Shown here: positions 1 to 14,190 of the stretch, in pieces | How the letters are laid out: each line of letters starts with the position of its first letter | Position numbering within the stretch: position 1 is the first letter of the stretch | NCBI GenBank assembly: GCA_043228905.1 | Contig: JBHGNT010000012.1 | Span: 8,742,001 to 8,806,000, forward strand | DNA from: Azolla caroliniana | Taxonomy: Eukaryota > Plantae > Polypodiophyta | Length of the DNA stretch: 64,000 nucleotides | Direction of reading: 5' to 3' | Program-made: the position numbers and the translations under genes | The notes under the pieces: generated by a model | Told to the model about the DNA's origin: nothing | Database searches by the model: none | Seen by the model: only the letters and a program-made list of their open reading frames with translations

Positions 1-16
1 ATCAACGTTAGTATGT

Positions 17-423
17 ACATTAACCCTGAAGACTTCAAGCATGTTGCTTGTTTGATCACCATTAGCAATATCCTTTGCTTCATTGATACAAATCCCAAGC
101 CTGACCACCATAAAAAACAAATAGTTCATAATAGTCAGAAACCTCCCTAGGACAATTTGGTGGCCTAGCTACAAAAGAAAGCATCAGAACTACAAGGTTA
201 TTATCAAGCTTGTTGCCAATTTGCATCAACTTCAATATGAACATTAACCTTAAACATTCCAAGGATGTTGCCTGGTTGATCACTACTAACAATATGTTTG
301 CTTCATTGACACAAATACCAAGCCTCACCACCATAAAATAACAAATAATTCATAATAGTTAGAAACACCCTAAAGCAATTGGTGGCCTAACTAGGAAAGA
401 ATGCCTCAGAACTACAGGTTATT
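17..423. repeat. Degenerate tandem duplication, two copies with period of about 224 bp
   Basis: 17-203 aligns by eye with 241-423 (acattaacc...atgttgc...gcttcattga.acaaat.ccaagcct.accaccataaaa...ggtggccta.cta...cagaactaca.ggttatt). Confidence 0.75.
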
Positions 424-1340
424 GAATATCATGTTCATGGTGGCAAATGAAAAGCAAGCCATGATTTATAACCTTAAAATATTGCCAAATGCATCAAAGA
501 GATAGAAGTAAACCATTCATCAATAATTAAGTGGACTAGTGCAAAGGGATAAATCCACTAGGTTCATCTAAGAACGTTTATAAAATGACAATGTGGTCAA
601 AGTTTAATTTTGCAAAAGGGGTTAAATTTACTTATGCAAAATTAAGAAGGGATAGAAAGCAACATTTTGCAGAGGGATAAATCCACTACGTTCATCTAAA
701 AACATTCAATGGCTTTTATTTAAAATTCTCTAAGATGCAAAAAATCGTTCTCTGCTGCTATCATCATACAGCATTCAAGTCTGGCATCCAGCCCATTCAC
801 TGCAATTACTAGATATGCTTAAACCCCTCTTAAACTTCACATTGCATTTGAAGTATATACTCCCTGCCAATGACATCTTAGTGTGATGCACTAATAACCT
901 CTTATCTGATGATTTCTGAAATAATATTACATCATTATGATTATAGCAATGGTCTAGATATTTAGAATTATCAAAATAGGCAACGCATACAAATGTCCCA
1001 ATCACATGAAAAATGAAGATTAAGCACAATCACATGTGTATTTTCTTTTCATTATTTGATTTTTGTGCCCATTGTTTCACTCTTTTGCAATACTTTTAAT
1101 CTTCTAAGATCAGTTTGCATCCAAAGCGTGCCAAAATGAATTTAAAGCACATATATTTGTATCTTTAAAATATATTCATTCATTCCAAGAGATCTCTCAC
1201 GTTGAAAGATATTCATACATTTGAATCCCTCTGCTCCTATTTCTATACAGGTTTTGAGGCCTTATATACTAATTGATCCATAAACCATACCACAAAGATC
1301 ATGGGATTAAAATTGAACTGGGGGCAAATGGCACAGATAT

Positions 1341-4300
1341 TCACGTGTAAAGTGAAGGATAAGTGACTCCTACCTCTCTAGTAGCATCACCATTACCAAG
1401 ATAATTCTCGTTATTTATAGCCAAAGGGTGCTCTCCTGAAATGGTAGTTTTTCTAGTCTTATTGTTCTTTAAAGTGGTAATGTATGCAGCACTTGGACTT
1501 TGAGGTCCTAGCTCACCATTAACCATTGAAAATGATATGCTCGATGAAGCTTTGCTCGCAGCAGGTGGTAGCCCTGTTTCATCTGATATACTCGATGAGG
1601 ACCGGCCTGATATGATTTCATAGTTCAAGGGCAATTCTTCCAATGTCTGCAAGAATATTCAAATGTCCCAATGCATGTTTCAAGAACAACGTGAGTTCAT
1701 TATACATTATAAAGCACACAGAAAATATATAATACGAAGCCTCACTCATAAATATAAGAGACTTCACGCTTTCTCATAAGTTACCATTAACATTTGAGAT
1801 TTCAATTACATAAACATGATGATGTAATGGTGCAGTGTGGAGTTTTGTAACATTAATGTTGTGGGTTTAAGTCTTTACCAATGGTTTGCAATCTTGCACA
1901 CTAGCAGTTTGCACTTGAAATGTATACGTTTACAACATTGTCATTGACATGTTTTTCCACAGCACAAGGAGTGACAACATACATTGCCATTTACAAGGCT
2001 ATGCTGACAAAGCTTAAACAATTGTGAATTGCACAATCACATGAGGAACATAAAGATTATGGATTGCACAAGCTCAGTAAAGGAACAAAGATATTATCTT
2101 GGACACAGCTTACATAGGCAGCCTGGTGAAGAACACGGAGCACTTCTTTACAACGTTTTCGCTTCGAAGCTACTTCTTCCCTCTCTTGGAGCATCTCTTC
2201 AAAGAGGTTCTCTCTGCAAAAATAAGAAACACGCAAGACATAGTATCATCAATTTCCTCTACATCCACAGAATTTGTACATTACATAGCTCATACATTAT
2301 ACATCAGGAGAGAAGATGAAGAACCTGTAAAGCTTCCTGATGAATACATTGTGAAGATCACGTTTGGTATGATTGACCTACAAATTATGTAATCAGAACA
2401 ATGCATGCTCTAACAAATCATCCTTAATATACACGATATAAGAAAATTACCAGAAAATGCATAATAGCTTTTGGCACAGCATCTTGAATATTCTTTCTGA
2501 CAATGTCATAATAGGACTTGATCAACATACGAGTTATATCTATCTCCATGGAATCTTGCTCAGACTGAGTTTCAGATGCCCTGAGCAAAGCAGGTGGCTG
2601 AAAATGTTGATGTGATTGAGAAATTAAAAATCTAAATAATATAGGCATCACAGATTAAAATTCATCATATGACAATTTATAAAAAAGGCAATTCCATGTA
2701 CCTCCCTCAGCTGAATTGTTGCAAATCTTGGTTCTAAATTGGAAATCGGATCACTGAAATTGTTGGTAAATGTAGTGGGGTCCATTCCATTTGAATGAGT
2801 AGTGTCATTCCCACTGAAAATTGATGAAATTCCCCAGCTTCCTCCTGAAGAAGCAGCTGAAAAGAGAAGATATGAAGGGTTGAAATTTGAACGTCTTAAG
2901 AGGGTGTCAAATTTTAAAGTTTTAAAAAAGACCCCTTGGTTTTCCTTCATTTCCACAAAATGCCTCCTGAGTTCTTTGTTGAGCAGTTAGGATCAACATC
3001 CCTTTTTTCTCAGTAATATGTGCTATTTGAGCCATTATATGTTCAATTCATCTCCTTTTTCTCTTTTCCAGAGATTTACTAAGTGAATTGGGGAAATAAT
3101 GAAAATTTGGGACACCTGGGGAATAAAGAAAAAGCCTGGCATATTTCAAAGTTTTTATCTCCTTTTTCTCTTTTCCAATGATTGACCAAGTGCATTAAGG
3201 AAATGATGAAATTTTGGTGGCAGTTTGGAAATAAAGAAAAAGCCAGTCAGTTTTTGCAAAATACAATACCTGCTGAAGTATCAGATTGTATATTTGAAGG
3301 ATTCGTCCCCTGGCACAAACACAGAAAGATAATATAATTAAAACAACCCTGTACACTGGGTTTCAATTCACAGGAATTGCTAAATATACAAACTTGATCC
3401 ACTTGAGTTGCCCTCCCAAGGATGGCCCTTGACTTTGACGGTAAAGAATTCCTTTCTGTTAAAGGATCTTTCAACTCGCTGCTATCCTGTAGACAAATGC
3501 ACATTAGATAACATATACAACAGTCAATAAGTAAATAGAAATAAAGTCAACCTTTGACTGTCTCGCAATTCGATTTTGTTGAAGAGCCAATTCTACAGCT
3601 TTGCTGCCACCAATGAATGATGGATGGGAAGTATTTATGTAATCCATCTGCATAATATAGTGTAAAATAAATACCCAGCAAAACAGATTTTAATAGGAAA
3701 TTGTATACAACAACCAAAAGGTCACCTCCATTTCAATCAGATGGCAAATCATTGTTTCTGCAGGTATTAGTCCATCACGCAAGAAATTGGCAACAACCTC
3801 TTCGACTCGTTTCCGCAGGATGGGAAATCTCCTCAGTTCATTAGACTCACAACGATGGGCAATCTGAAATGTTAGATTTTCTAATGTTCTCGTCACACAA
3901 AATCATGTTCACTATGCTATCACCTGAGCTTATACATCATTCATGACAAAACAAAAGAGGTCTTCATGCACACAATCTGTGCCTTCACACTTTTTGGCAC
4001 ATCTCCGTGCAAAAAAATCTCTACCATATTGATTAAGCTCTAATATCATTCATCACAACATAAAAACGAAAAAAATACTGTAAATTATTATAAAACCAGT
4101 CTTATATATTAAATGCATGTGAATATGGTAGAAAAATAGAGAATTGGAAGAAAGAAAACTATATTTACGTCTGTAGGATACCAAGAATGGATACATCAAA
4201 ATGGCCTATAAGACCAACCAGAGATTACATCTGAAATTTTTTTCTTGTCTTTCAGAATGAGAAGTGTAACTAAGTAAAATGGAAATAAGATAAAAGTGAC

Positions 4301-7300
4301 TGCAGAATCTTGTTATTGATACATGTACAACTCAGATAGATTGAAATTTTTGTCTTCAAAAGATCTTTAGCACAGGTTGATCCACGATGGAGAAACAAAA
4401 TCATGTACCTTGACAAGCTCATCATATATAAACCGTGCACATTGCAAACTTGGATCAAGCAATCGAGAAATCTGTCGTCGAACTAAGACTTCAAATGGTA
4501 TCTGTAAGATTAAACCTATACATAATTATTTCCATGAAAAATAATCCAATGTGGTTTTATATCTAACAGAACTTGAAACCAGAATTTGCAATATTGAGAT
4601 AAACTAAGAATATTAGATAGATTTTGAATTTTCAAAAGATAAATGAGAAAACATATGAAACCAATGATTACTCAGTTGATTGTTTCTGATGAATAGATAT
4701 TGGCCATATAAAAAAAATCAAAGAATGCAAATTTATATTACATTATAACAAGATATGATTGGATACTGCATAAAGACATTTTATCATAAGCATGATTGGC
4801 ACTATGGTAAATGGAAAACAATTGAAAAAACCTAACACCGTAACATGACTTGTGAAATTCATAAAGCAAAACACATTTTTCTTGTCTAAAAACTACTGAA
4901 GAGGTAATATCAAGTTTTTCCCACCTCAGGAACAAAAATTGTGTTCTTTGCTCCTGTGGCATTTTGAATCGCTGTCTTAATATCTTCATCTGTCAAATCT
5001 TCACAAGGTTCAACCTCCTAAAATACATTTTCCCAATAGAGTAGATTCAGTACTGTAATTATATGAAAATGCAGGGGTATAAATTAGCTGTATTGACATT
5101 ATTATGGATCTTGATTCACTTTAACTCACATTGATGCTTTTAACAAAGATGTTCTGAAATATATAATGGAGGCGTGCCCCTCCTGACAATTCTGATGTTG
5201 ACATTTCTTCGTTGTTACCATTGATAATTGATGAAACGCCTGTTTATATGAATGAAAACATTTGATTATATTGTTGCGGTAACCTCTTCTCATGCCCATA
5301 TCACTTGAGGCAAATGAGACCCCACCTTGCGAATATCGTGTAATGATATTAAGCAGCAATGCAGCTTGCCCTGACTGGAAATGAGTAACAAAACAACACC
5401 ATAATTAGGATCAGGGTAATTTGGAAACGGTTTTCAAGGTTTTCTACTTCCATCTACATTTGTATAGTTTTTTGTGTATATTGGACATCGAGATAGACAA
5501 CCGCCATGTATTAGATTATCTCTTTTTTGGTTGGACTCATTGATGCAGTAAAACCCAAACTGAACCATCAATTTAGCTAACTTTCCCTACTGGAGCAATT
5601 TTAACTAAACAAAGAAAAATCTCCTTAACATTTTGGACTCACAAAGGCTTAAAATTCAAATCCATAGGTGCATGTTTCTCCTTGACAAGGAAATTAACAT
5701 CACGTTACACTCAAAGATTGGCACTACTTTTGGTATTTATTTAAATATAATTAGTGGAAGAGGATGCAATAAGAAACAGCCCAAACCATAGACATTTCAA
5801 GGTATTTCCATTTATCAGAGTAGAAGAAAAGTTTCAGGACTCCAAGATGGTTAGCCATTAGCTCTAAAGCTGAATTTCAGTTCTATACAAAGAAAGCGGT
5901 TTGTTTAAATAAGGCCAGGTCATGGTGTCAAGTGCACCTCTTCAGAATTAGTATCTTAAACCAGTCCCCTACTCATCCACTTATAAATTTAAGTAACTTT
6001 ATGTAGGCCCAATTTTATAAGCGGCTCACACTTTTTTAAATGTATCTTACTATATATTGACCAACTGATCATATAATATCATCACTCAATATATTAACAT
6101 CTTTCAAGTGACTAAATGCACTATAACCAAACAAGAAATTACACATTAACATCTTTGAAGTGACCAAATTACATTTTAAAATGCTGTCTCATCTCTAAGA
6201 CCAAACCAAAATAAATGTAAAGTACAGAAAAAGTAAAGAAAAAAGAATCTACACACACGTCAGATTCTCATGCCAGATACGTTGTACATCGTCTTCGAAA
6301 GATCTCTAACGTGGGCCGATCTAGAATGGAGAGGTTTCCAAAGCAAGGAAGCGCCTGTGTTGGTGGGAGATAATGACATTTATTTATAGATGACAAGGGT
6401 GGTGAGGTTGTAGTCCACAAGGCCGTGGCCTAAATGCATGACAAATTGCTATTGTCCGACCTATTGTAACACCTTTCCAATGTCCTAGTTGTTGACTTGT
6501 AGAATGAGTAAGAGTGATGGGGCTTAAGAAAGCTGTGATTCTTCTTTGTTTATGAGCTTGCATGGCTATATTGTCCTTCAACAACTTCTGTTTGGATCTC
6601 TTCAGATCTAGCAAGTAACGCCCCAAGCACCGTTCATTTTCCATTACCTTGTGCAAAAGGACATAACCTTTCTTAAAGAGTCACTGGTATCTCCCTCTTA
6701 TTTCATTAAAAACAATGTTCTTCAGATTCCATTCCCTGATGAGACAATCGGCAAATTCTTTATTCTAGAGGTATTTGTGCATATCTGCCTACCTCAATCT
6801 CTAACGGATTGGAAGAAGTTCTCAGCTTCTCTATCACACTGCACACTGCACAGTGCATAGGATATATGTATGTCCATATAAGAGGTCCTGATGATGAATC
6901 CATCCTCTAATGTACTGCAGCATGGACTATTCCTGGCTTATATAATTGAAAATATATAGGAACTGCAGTATGGATTAAGACACAGAATTCAAAGGAACCA
7001 AGACAAAAAGGTGTTGAAGTATTCTGTTGGTTACTTTTTTGACCAGTCAAGAAGACATTTTGTCCATGTAAAGAAATTTGAGTTGCATTTGTTTGATTGG
7101 TGGTGGTCTCAACATCTTGTTTTTCTGAACTGGCTTCTTGGCTTTGTGCCTCACAAGACTTAAGACACTCTGTTCCCTTCTAAAAGATGGTAGGGACATA
7201 CATATTCTCTGCAAACTTTGGGTTTTACATCATTTAAGGAAATTTTTTGACCATGTAAAAAAAATGAAGAAGTAAAATAAATAAAAGTTTTGACCATATA

Positions 7301-10093
7301 AAAAGTTGACTTTGGGTTTTACATCATCTTGTCCAATTTTATGAGTTAAAATGAAGAAGTAAAAAAATGAAAAATAAAAAATCATCATTAGATATTGCCA
7401 TAAAAGAACAAAAAATAACCCCTTCTGGGTGCACTAGTTGTCATTTCTGTATATATTAAGTCCACAGTGGTATTTATTACATTTCAGTTTTGATGCACGA
7501 GAATTCATCAATGTTCATCATTAATTGGCTTTTCATTTTATCTGAGTTAATTTATCTCTTGTTTTTTGATAAATTACACACTGGTGGATACTTTATTGAA
7601 TCCCAGTATTGTTTAAAATCTATTAAAATCACAAACATAAAAAAAAATATTGGAAACAGCAGGAATTTTTTTTCCTGTGTAACATTTTTGCAATATGTTT
7701 CCATAAAGCTCTGAACTAAACTCAATTTGGGACTAGATGCTTTTATCAAAATTTCATAATTTACATTGTTCCTCCACTTTATGCTTCGGGAGGCAATCAT
7801 AAACTCAGGAGGTCACTTACCTTTGAGTCTGTAAGTTCACCATAACTTGCCAGCTCTTTTGAAAGGGCAATAATCTGTGTATTGATGCGTGTTTTCATAT
7901 CAGGAAGTAATGCCTTGATATGTTGCAAAAGAATCTAAAATAGAAGAAATGTATGTTATGCAAAAGGCTGTAGAACAAAAGCGGATTGAGTGACCATAAA
8001 CAAACCAATGTAATGTCATAAGCATACACTGTTCAATTTTATTGCTAATTGAGGGATACCACAACGATCAGATAAACCATGATAAATCTGGGAACATAAA
8101 TAAAGAGAGAAATCAGTCTTCAAGAATGTGAAATATAGAAAATGAAAAGAAAAGAACTCACTGGACGAGAGCGGAAGAAATTCTCCTCATACAAAAGTGC
8201 ATCTTGAATACTTTTGTTTCTAGCAATATCCTGTTATAAAGAAATAAATTATGTCAACCATCAGACAAGCTGAGACAAGAATTCTCTTATTCTTCTATTT
8301 TGTTAATGTAGCAATCCCTCATCGCCCACTCTTATGTATAAACTGCAATCTAACCACCAAAAAACAGTAGTAGTCATTCATATGGACAGATGACGAATAA
8401 ATAACACAAGTGAAGTAAATATTACCCAGAAAACTAAATTAAAATAAACAAAGTAGCAAAAAAGGAAAACATATACAAAAGCTACGAGAACAATCTCTGA
8501 CAAAGAGCACTACAACCATCATTAGAGAAATAAGAAAGGGCATGAAAGACAGATTCTTTACCTCTTGACTGCGATTTACAACTCCAATATAACCCAAACG
8601 AAGAGGAATTATATTCCCAAGGAGTAAGTTCCGAGCATCAGTTCCCCTATCCATGATATCCAACTGTGTAAAATTTAAGAAGAAATAAGAACAGCAGAAA
8701 TGAAATATCTGCAATCTTCCAAACGATGGACACATCGCAAAAGTTGAGGTTTTAAACCTTGGTTATTACACCCTAGCAAGAAAATTACACCCTAGCAAGA
8801 AAATTAGAATAAGTAAGAAAAATTTTAAGTTCATAAATATTGAACTGATTGAAAATTAAACAGAAAGCAGCCTAAGGGATTGACCAGGGGCAGACGAGGA
8901 AAAAGAACTCGAGACTAAATAGTAAATAGAATAGGAAAAAATCTAAAATACCCCTAAACTTCTCTTTATTCCCCCATATGCCCCAGTCAACCCCTGGAAA
9001 GGAGAAGAAGTGGATGATTTGACCATATAATCAATCAAATAGCACACATAATATGGAAATATAGATATAATTGACAATATATTTGCTCCAATAGTGTATT
9101 TAATTTCTTAAGAGGAGATTGACAAGGCATTTGGAAAATGACGGTTCATATGGGTATTGGGGAAATAAAGAAAATTGCAGGTATGTTTGTAAGTTTTTCC
9201 CTTGTAGAAGGACAAAAGTATTTTAATTACCATCTGGATCAGCCATTCTTGCCATTTGAAGGGAATCTGAATTTGCCAAATCTGCATTGGCTGGTGATAC
9301 GGCTAATATGATGCATGTCTCATGTTTGATGTAGGAAAGAACCATAGTTCTCACTCGAGATTCTATATCACTTGGCTGATCACCCACTGGAACCTTAGTG
9401 ATGCCAGGTAGATCTACTAAAGTAATATTTAACACACGTGGTGAGAAGATTTTCAGCCGAATTTGTTTATCAGAAATGCCTTTATTTGATCCTAGTTCCC
9501 TTTCAGTCTCTGCCTGCAAGTTTCAAAAGAGTTTAAATCAAACAAAGGCTTTGTAAAACTGTCTTTTATTATTGATTCAATAATAAAAGAAACAAGCATT
9601 CAATCTTAAATAAAAATGGGAGATTTTCTACACCTGTAGAGGATTCAATTAAGAAAAGATAAGCGTGTTAGTGAGGAGAAGCAAAAACCTGAATCTCCTT
9701 CCAGACTGATGAGAAATCAGTGAAGCGCTTTCCAGGAGTGTGTAAGAATTCACCCCATTCAACAACCCCAGAATTATCATCAGAATTACAAACTATCTGA
9801 ATAAGTTGCAATACAAGAGGTCTGCGAGTACATATATCACCTCCTCGGGGCAAGAAATCACGTCCAACAAGGGCTTCTAAAACACTAGATTTTCCACTAC
9901 TTTGGCTTCCAATCACTGCCACCTGAGGAAGATCAATTGACGAGGCACTGCCAAGTTGTGAGAATATGTCCTGAAGTTTGTTTACCAAGGGTATCACTGA
10001 TTGACCTATCAAAACAGTGGGAACATTTCCTACAATAGGGTCCTTCTCCTGTGTGGCTTGCTGAATTATTGGATTCTCCTTGTAAACCTCCAT
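1341..10093 (-). CDS. DRP3: Dynamin-related protein 3 (DRP3A/B-like mitochondrial/peroxisomal fission GTPase), 20 coding exons, exon 3 apparently damaged
   Basis: GT-AG exons read in frame: 9689-10093, 9231-9513, [8758-8772/8791 damaged], 8562-8663, 8162-8230, 8028-8087, 7821-7934, 5326-5374, 5130-5239, 4925-5017, 4409-4501, 3726-3863, 3552-3647, 3394-3486, 3270-3309, 2702-2856, 2451-2597, 2325-2377, 2114-2213, 1341-1646. Motifs: [27 protein letters not shown]|LD, middle domain [39 protein letters not shown]. With a 29-nt exon 3 the CDS would be 2535 nt (844 aa). Confidence 0.93.
1818..1925 (+). mobile_element. Possible degenerate tRNA-derived SINE head in the last DRP3 intron
   Basis: A-box-like TGATGTAATGGT near 1820 and B-box-like GTGGGTTTAAGTC near 1861, at tRNA-like spacing; strongly decayed. 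Confidence 0.3.
3053..3245. repeat. Intronic degenerate tandem duplication (about 107-bp period)
   Basis: ctcctttttctcttttcca...aagtg...ggaaat.atgaaa.ttt...ggaataaagaaaaagcc occurs twice; a related ttggggaaataaagaaaa motif occurs near 9157. Confidence 0.55.
6250..6900 (-). mobile_element. Degenerate repeat, probably a non-LTR retrotransposon (LINE) 3' fragment, copy 1, in DRP3 intron 7
   Basis: Aligns by eye with 11440-12010 (agattctca.g.cagata...gtcttcgaaagatctcta; caaattgctattg.ccga.ctattgtaa; ttcttcagattcca.tcc.tgatga.acaat.ggcaaattcttt). The LINE assignment is inferred from a decayed minus-strand ORF. Confidence 0.55.
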
Positions 10094-11439
10094 TATTTAC
10101 TGCTATGAAACACCGCCTGAAGCAGTTTCTGATGGAAACCCACTTCCTTACTATCAGTAATCAATTCCATATGTATGAAGTAAACTTTTTATCAAATAGA
10201 ATTAAAACCTTAGGTATTTTAACAGAATGAAGCATGTAAAAAAAGACTCCAGGATTTGTCCACAGTTAAGAGAATAAAGCATGTTCATTTTGACAAACGG
10301 ATAAAAGTTTAATAAAACAAAATCAAAAAAGAAAAAAGCCCATTGATATATGCATGTAAACTATATGCAAAATATTGTTTCTCTACTAATCCACCAAGTA
10401 TTTTTACATACATAGAATAGAAGTAGATTATGAGTAGCAGCACAAATTCATTGGAATTTAGCTGAAGTTTCATATATTTATGATGAATTTTATTCTATCT
10501 ATAAAATTTTCCAACCAGAAACTCACAAAACTCCACAGACATTACATGAATTAATGAACTTTTCATGAAACACTAACATATACCATGTCATGCACAAGAA
10601 AAATCAAAATAGCAATGAATATACAGATTAGAAGCAGACAAAGCTTGTCAATGATTATCTTATCAAAGGATTGCAATAAAGATCAGAAACAAAATTTTGA
10701 ACACAAAGTTTAAACAGAAAAGATGGTAAAACAATAAAAAAGTTATAACTAACAAAAACTCATTGATGACCATTCAAAGACAAAATTGTATCCAGTTACG
10801 AAGAAAGATTGGAATAAAATGAAACGTGAGGTGAATGTATCATTCAACTTATACTATACATCAGTTAACGCATGAACAACGTCAAAATAAGAAAGAAATG
10901 CAACCAATAGAAAGCAATGATCATTAAGAGAACGGCAAGAGAACTATACCTTGCCAGACACATATGAATTGCAATAAAACACGACGTATAAGTAGAAGCA
11001 GACAAAGATTTTGATGATCACTCAAAGAGAACTTTATATCACATGCTGAGCAAGAGAGATCAGAACGATAATTAAACACATAGTTGAAACAGATTTAAAG
11101 GCATCGATGAAAGAAAGATCAACATAACAATAAAACGCATCTCATTATTGATTGTTCGAAATATTGCAAAAAGAAAAAGAAAACCTCCAAAACACTAACT
11201 GAACTTGACATTGAAACTTGAACCAAACAGATGCTCATGAGTAACTATTTAAAGAATCTCAAGAAAAAAGAAAAATTGTAACATCTTTTAAGAGGCCAAA
11301 ATGGCCCATAAGAAAAAACAAGATATTACATCGTAAGTGTCATCTCGTCTTTGAGAACAACAAATCAAAATAAATTAAATGTTACTAAGTAAACATAAAA
11401 GTAAATAAAATAAAAAGATACTAAAGAATCTTTTTATCA

Positions 11440-12180
11440 GCACATGTAAGATTCTCAAGTCAGATATATTGTAACTTTTGTCTTCGAAAGATCTCTAGCA
11501 TAGGTGAGATCGTGATCCATGGGGTTGGGCCATACATTCACAACAAATTGCTATTGGCCGATCTATTGTAACCACTTTGTTATGTCCTAGTCAGGAACCC
11601 ATTTGTGTAGCCCTTGATTGACTTGTAGTTTTAATAGTAGTGATGGGGCTAAAGAAAGTTGTGATTTTCCTTTGTGGATGAGCTTGTGTGGCTGTACTGT
11701 TGTCCTTGAACAACTTTTCCATGTGTCTCTTGAGTACCATTGGTCCTCATATTCCATTATCATGTGTAGTGCACCAAAGCCTTGTTTAAAGAGACAATGG
11801 CATCTCTTGCTTATTTCATAAATGACACAACAGTGACAAACATAGTGTTCTTCAGATTCCACTCCTTGATGACACAATTGGCAAATTCTTTCTTCTAGAA
11901 GTATTCGAGCATATCTGTCTACATCAATCTCTAACTGATGTGATGAAGTTCATAACTGCCCCATCACTCAGTGCAATGCATAAGATAGATGTATGTCCAT
12001 CCTCTGATGTGTGTAAAAAGTGTATTATGAAATGAGCCATCTTCATACCAAATGATATTTTAGGGTTGATCCATGTTGTTTTGTTTTCCAAGTTAATAAT
12101 ATCAGTTTGGATCACTCTATTCTTTTCCACTTTGGTCATGGTTAGATGGGGACAGTCCAAGCTATATTGAAACAGCTCAT
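11440..12180 (-). mobile_element. Degenerate repeat, probably a LINE 3' fragment, copy 2, upstream of the DRP3 ATG
   Basis: Homologous to 6250-6900 and in the same orientation. Confidence 0.55.
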
Positions 12181-13528
12181 CACAAAGTATCGCAAGAGAA
12201 AGAAAAATCACAAGAAACTATCAAATATGAAATTGTAATAGAAAACTGCATTGAAAATATCACAGAGGAATGCAAAACAAAATGCATCCAAAATTTTAAC
12301 AAAGGCGAAAAAAACTCATTTATGATCAATAAAAGCATTGCAGAAGGAAGGAAGTTCAGAATAAAGTGGAACAGGTCATCAATGATCATTTAAACGAGAG
12401 CTCAGAAAAACAATGAAATTGAAGTTGAAGTTGATGATCATTTCGAGAATTAACAAATTTGGAAGGGAATAAAAAAGGATAAGAAGAAACAACCAGACAT
12501 GTCTCGTCAATGATAATTCAAAGGATTCATAAGGGAAAGAAACTATCAGAAGAAAAAAATGAAACCATGAATTAAACGAATTGGAAGAGAAAGAAAATGT
12601 CAACAGAAACACACATATTTCATCGATGATTATTCAAAGGACTACGAGAACAGGAAGAAGACTCATATAAAACCTTGAATTAAAAGAATTGGAAAAGAAA
12701 AATAAAAGATCAGAAGAAACAATGAAACACACCTAACAAATCAACATTCAAATGATCGCTAGAAGAAGAAAAGATTAGAAGAATAATGAAATGTGAAGTT
12801 GAAACAGAATACAAATAGATAGATAGATAGATAGATAGAAACCAACCAAGTAATTGCAAGAGAGAAAGAAGGATAGGAAAAACAACAAAAAATGTGAAAT
12901 TAAAACTGATTCAAAGAATAGACAGAGACGAAAGAGATAAAATATAACATTCAAAGTATATTCAAAGAAAGAAAAATCGAGAAAAAAGAAATGAAACAAG
13001 AAAAGTTAAATCAGATAACAAAAACCAGAACCGCAAGACTATATTCAGACACGTGCATACACATCAAATAAAGGATCAGAAAAATGATGAAACGTGACAA
13101 CAAGTAAAGGAGAAGAAGAAGATAGACCTTAACCAAGCATATCTGTTTTTCTTTCAGATTTTTGGAGAAAAAAACATCGGATTATTGGCAGAGATTTTAC
13201 ATGTTATTCTTTCAGAGCAAAATATCAAAGAATCATTGGCTGACGTGAGAAGATTTAGTTGTTTTCAGAGAGAAATTGGGGCTGATCATTGAACTAATTG
13301 CAAGACAATTAGGTAAGTACTTCGGTATGTATGTAACGTTATTCGAAGAGATAATGTGAGGAAACAATGAAAAAGCTAAGACGACAACTTACCAAGCATA
13401 TAGAATCGAAGGAAGACAAAAAAATACAGCAACAGATTCACATAAGAGGAGACCGTATGAGATTCCTTTTTCCAAAAATAAGATCAAAGGATAGTTCTTC
13501 GTCTCTTAAGACAGTGTTTCCATGGCTG

Positions 13529-13531
<3 letters not shown>

Positions 13532-13591
<60 letters not shown>

Positions 13592-13597
13592 GGAGAG
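13532..13597. repeat. (GA)n microsatellite, CT-rich on the DRP3 sense strand, likely 5' UTR region
   Basis: Direct observation. Nearby minus-strand donor-like sites (GTAAG near 13391, GTATG near 13642) suggest non-coding 5' exons. Confidence 0.85.
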
Positions 13598-13827
13598 ATG
13601 TTACTTGTTTTCTTGTGTAATCAGAGATTTAGAATTACATACCTTAGTTCATTTAAATTGACAGAATCTTGACTTATTTCGATGATACTGCGTTGTCCAT
13701 GGCTGAAAAACAAGAAGGAAAGAGAAGGGAAAATGGAGAAGAAGAAGAAAACAGGGAAAGGTTTTCCTTATCGGAGGGAGGGTGTGATCGGAGAGGGAAA
13801 CCACACAGAGAATTGATTCCGCAGATT

Positions 13828-13895
13828 AGAAGAAGAAGAAGAAGAAGAAGAAGAAGAAGGAGACGGATTTCATATCTTCTTCTTCTTCTTCTTCT
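13828..13895. repeat. (AGA)n followed by an inverted (TCT)n microsatellite
   Basis: Direct observation; the two tracts are mutually complementary. Confidence 0.85.
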
Positions 13896-13939
13896 TTTCC
13901 TTCCTCTTTCAGCTCAACCGATATTTGAATTTCTGGTTT

Positions 13940-14116
13940 TGGAAAATCTCCGAAATACCCCTGGGCCTCATGTATGTATGTATGTATGTATGGATGTATG
14001 TATTTGGAAAATCTCTGAAATACCCCTGGGCCTCATGTATGTATGTATGTATGTATGGATGTATGTATTTGGAAAATCTCTGAAATACCCCTGGGCCTCA
14101 TGTATGTATGTATGGA
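13940..14116. repeat. Minisatellite, about 64-bp unit x 2.8, containing (ATGT)n
   Basis: tggaaaatctc(c/t)gaaatacccctgggcctcatgtatgtatgt... occurs three times. Confidence 0.9.
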
Positions 14117-14190
14117 TGATATGTACGTATATATAGTGGAGCTACTAAAGAAGAAGAAGAAGAAGAAGAAGAAGAAGAAGAAGATGCATG

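Noticed and set aside
2029-2392. Plus-strand ORFs overlapping DRP3 exons 18-19
   Set aside because: Antisense shadows with no recognisable motifs.
9084-9100. Candidate missing RTIG micro-exon (TAC ACT ATT GGA on the minus strand)
   Set aside because: No Arg codon, no adjacent AG acceptor or GT donor, and it would not give the needed phase.
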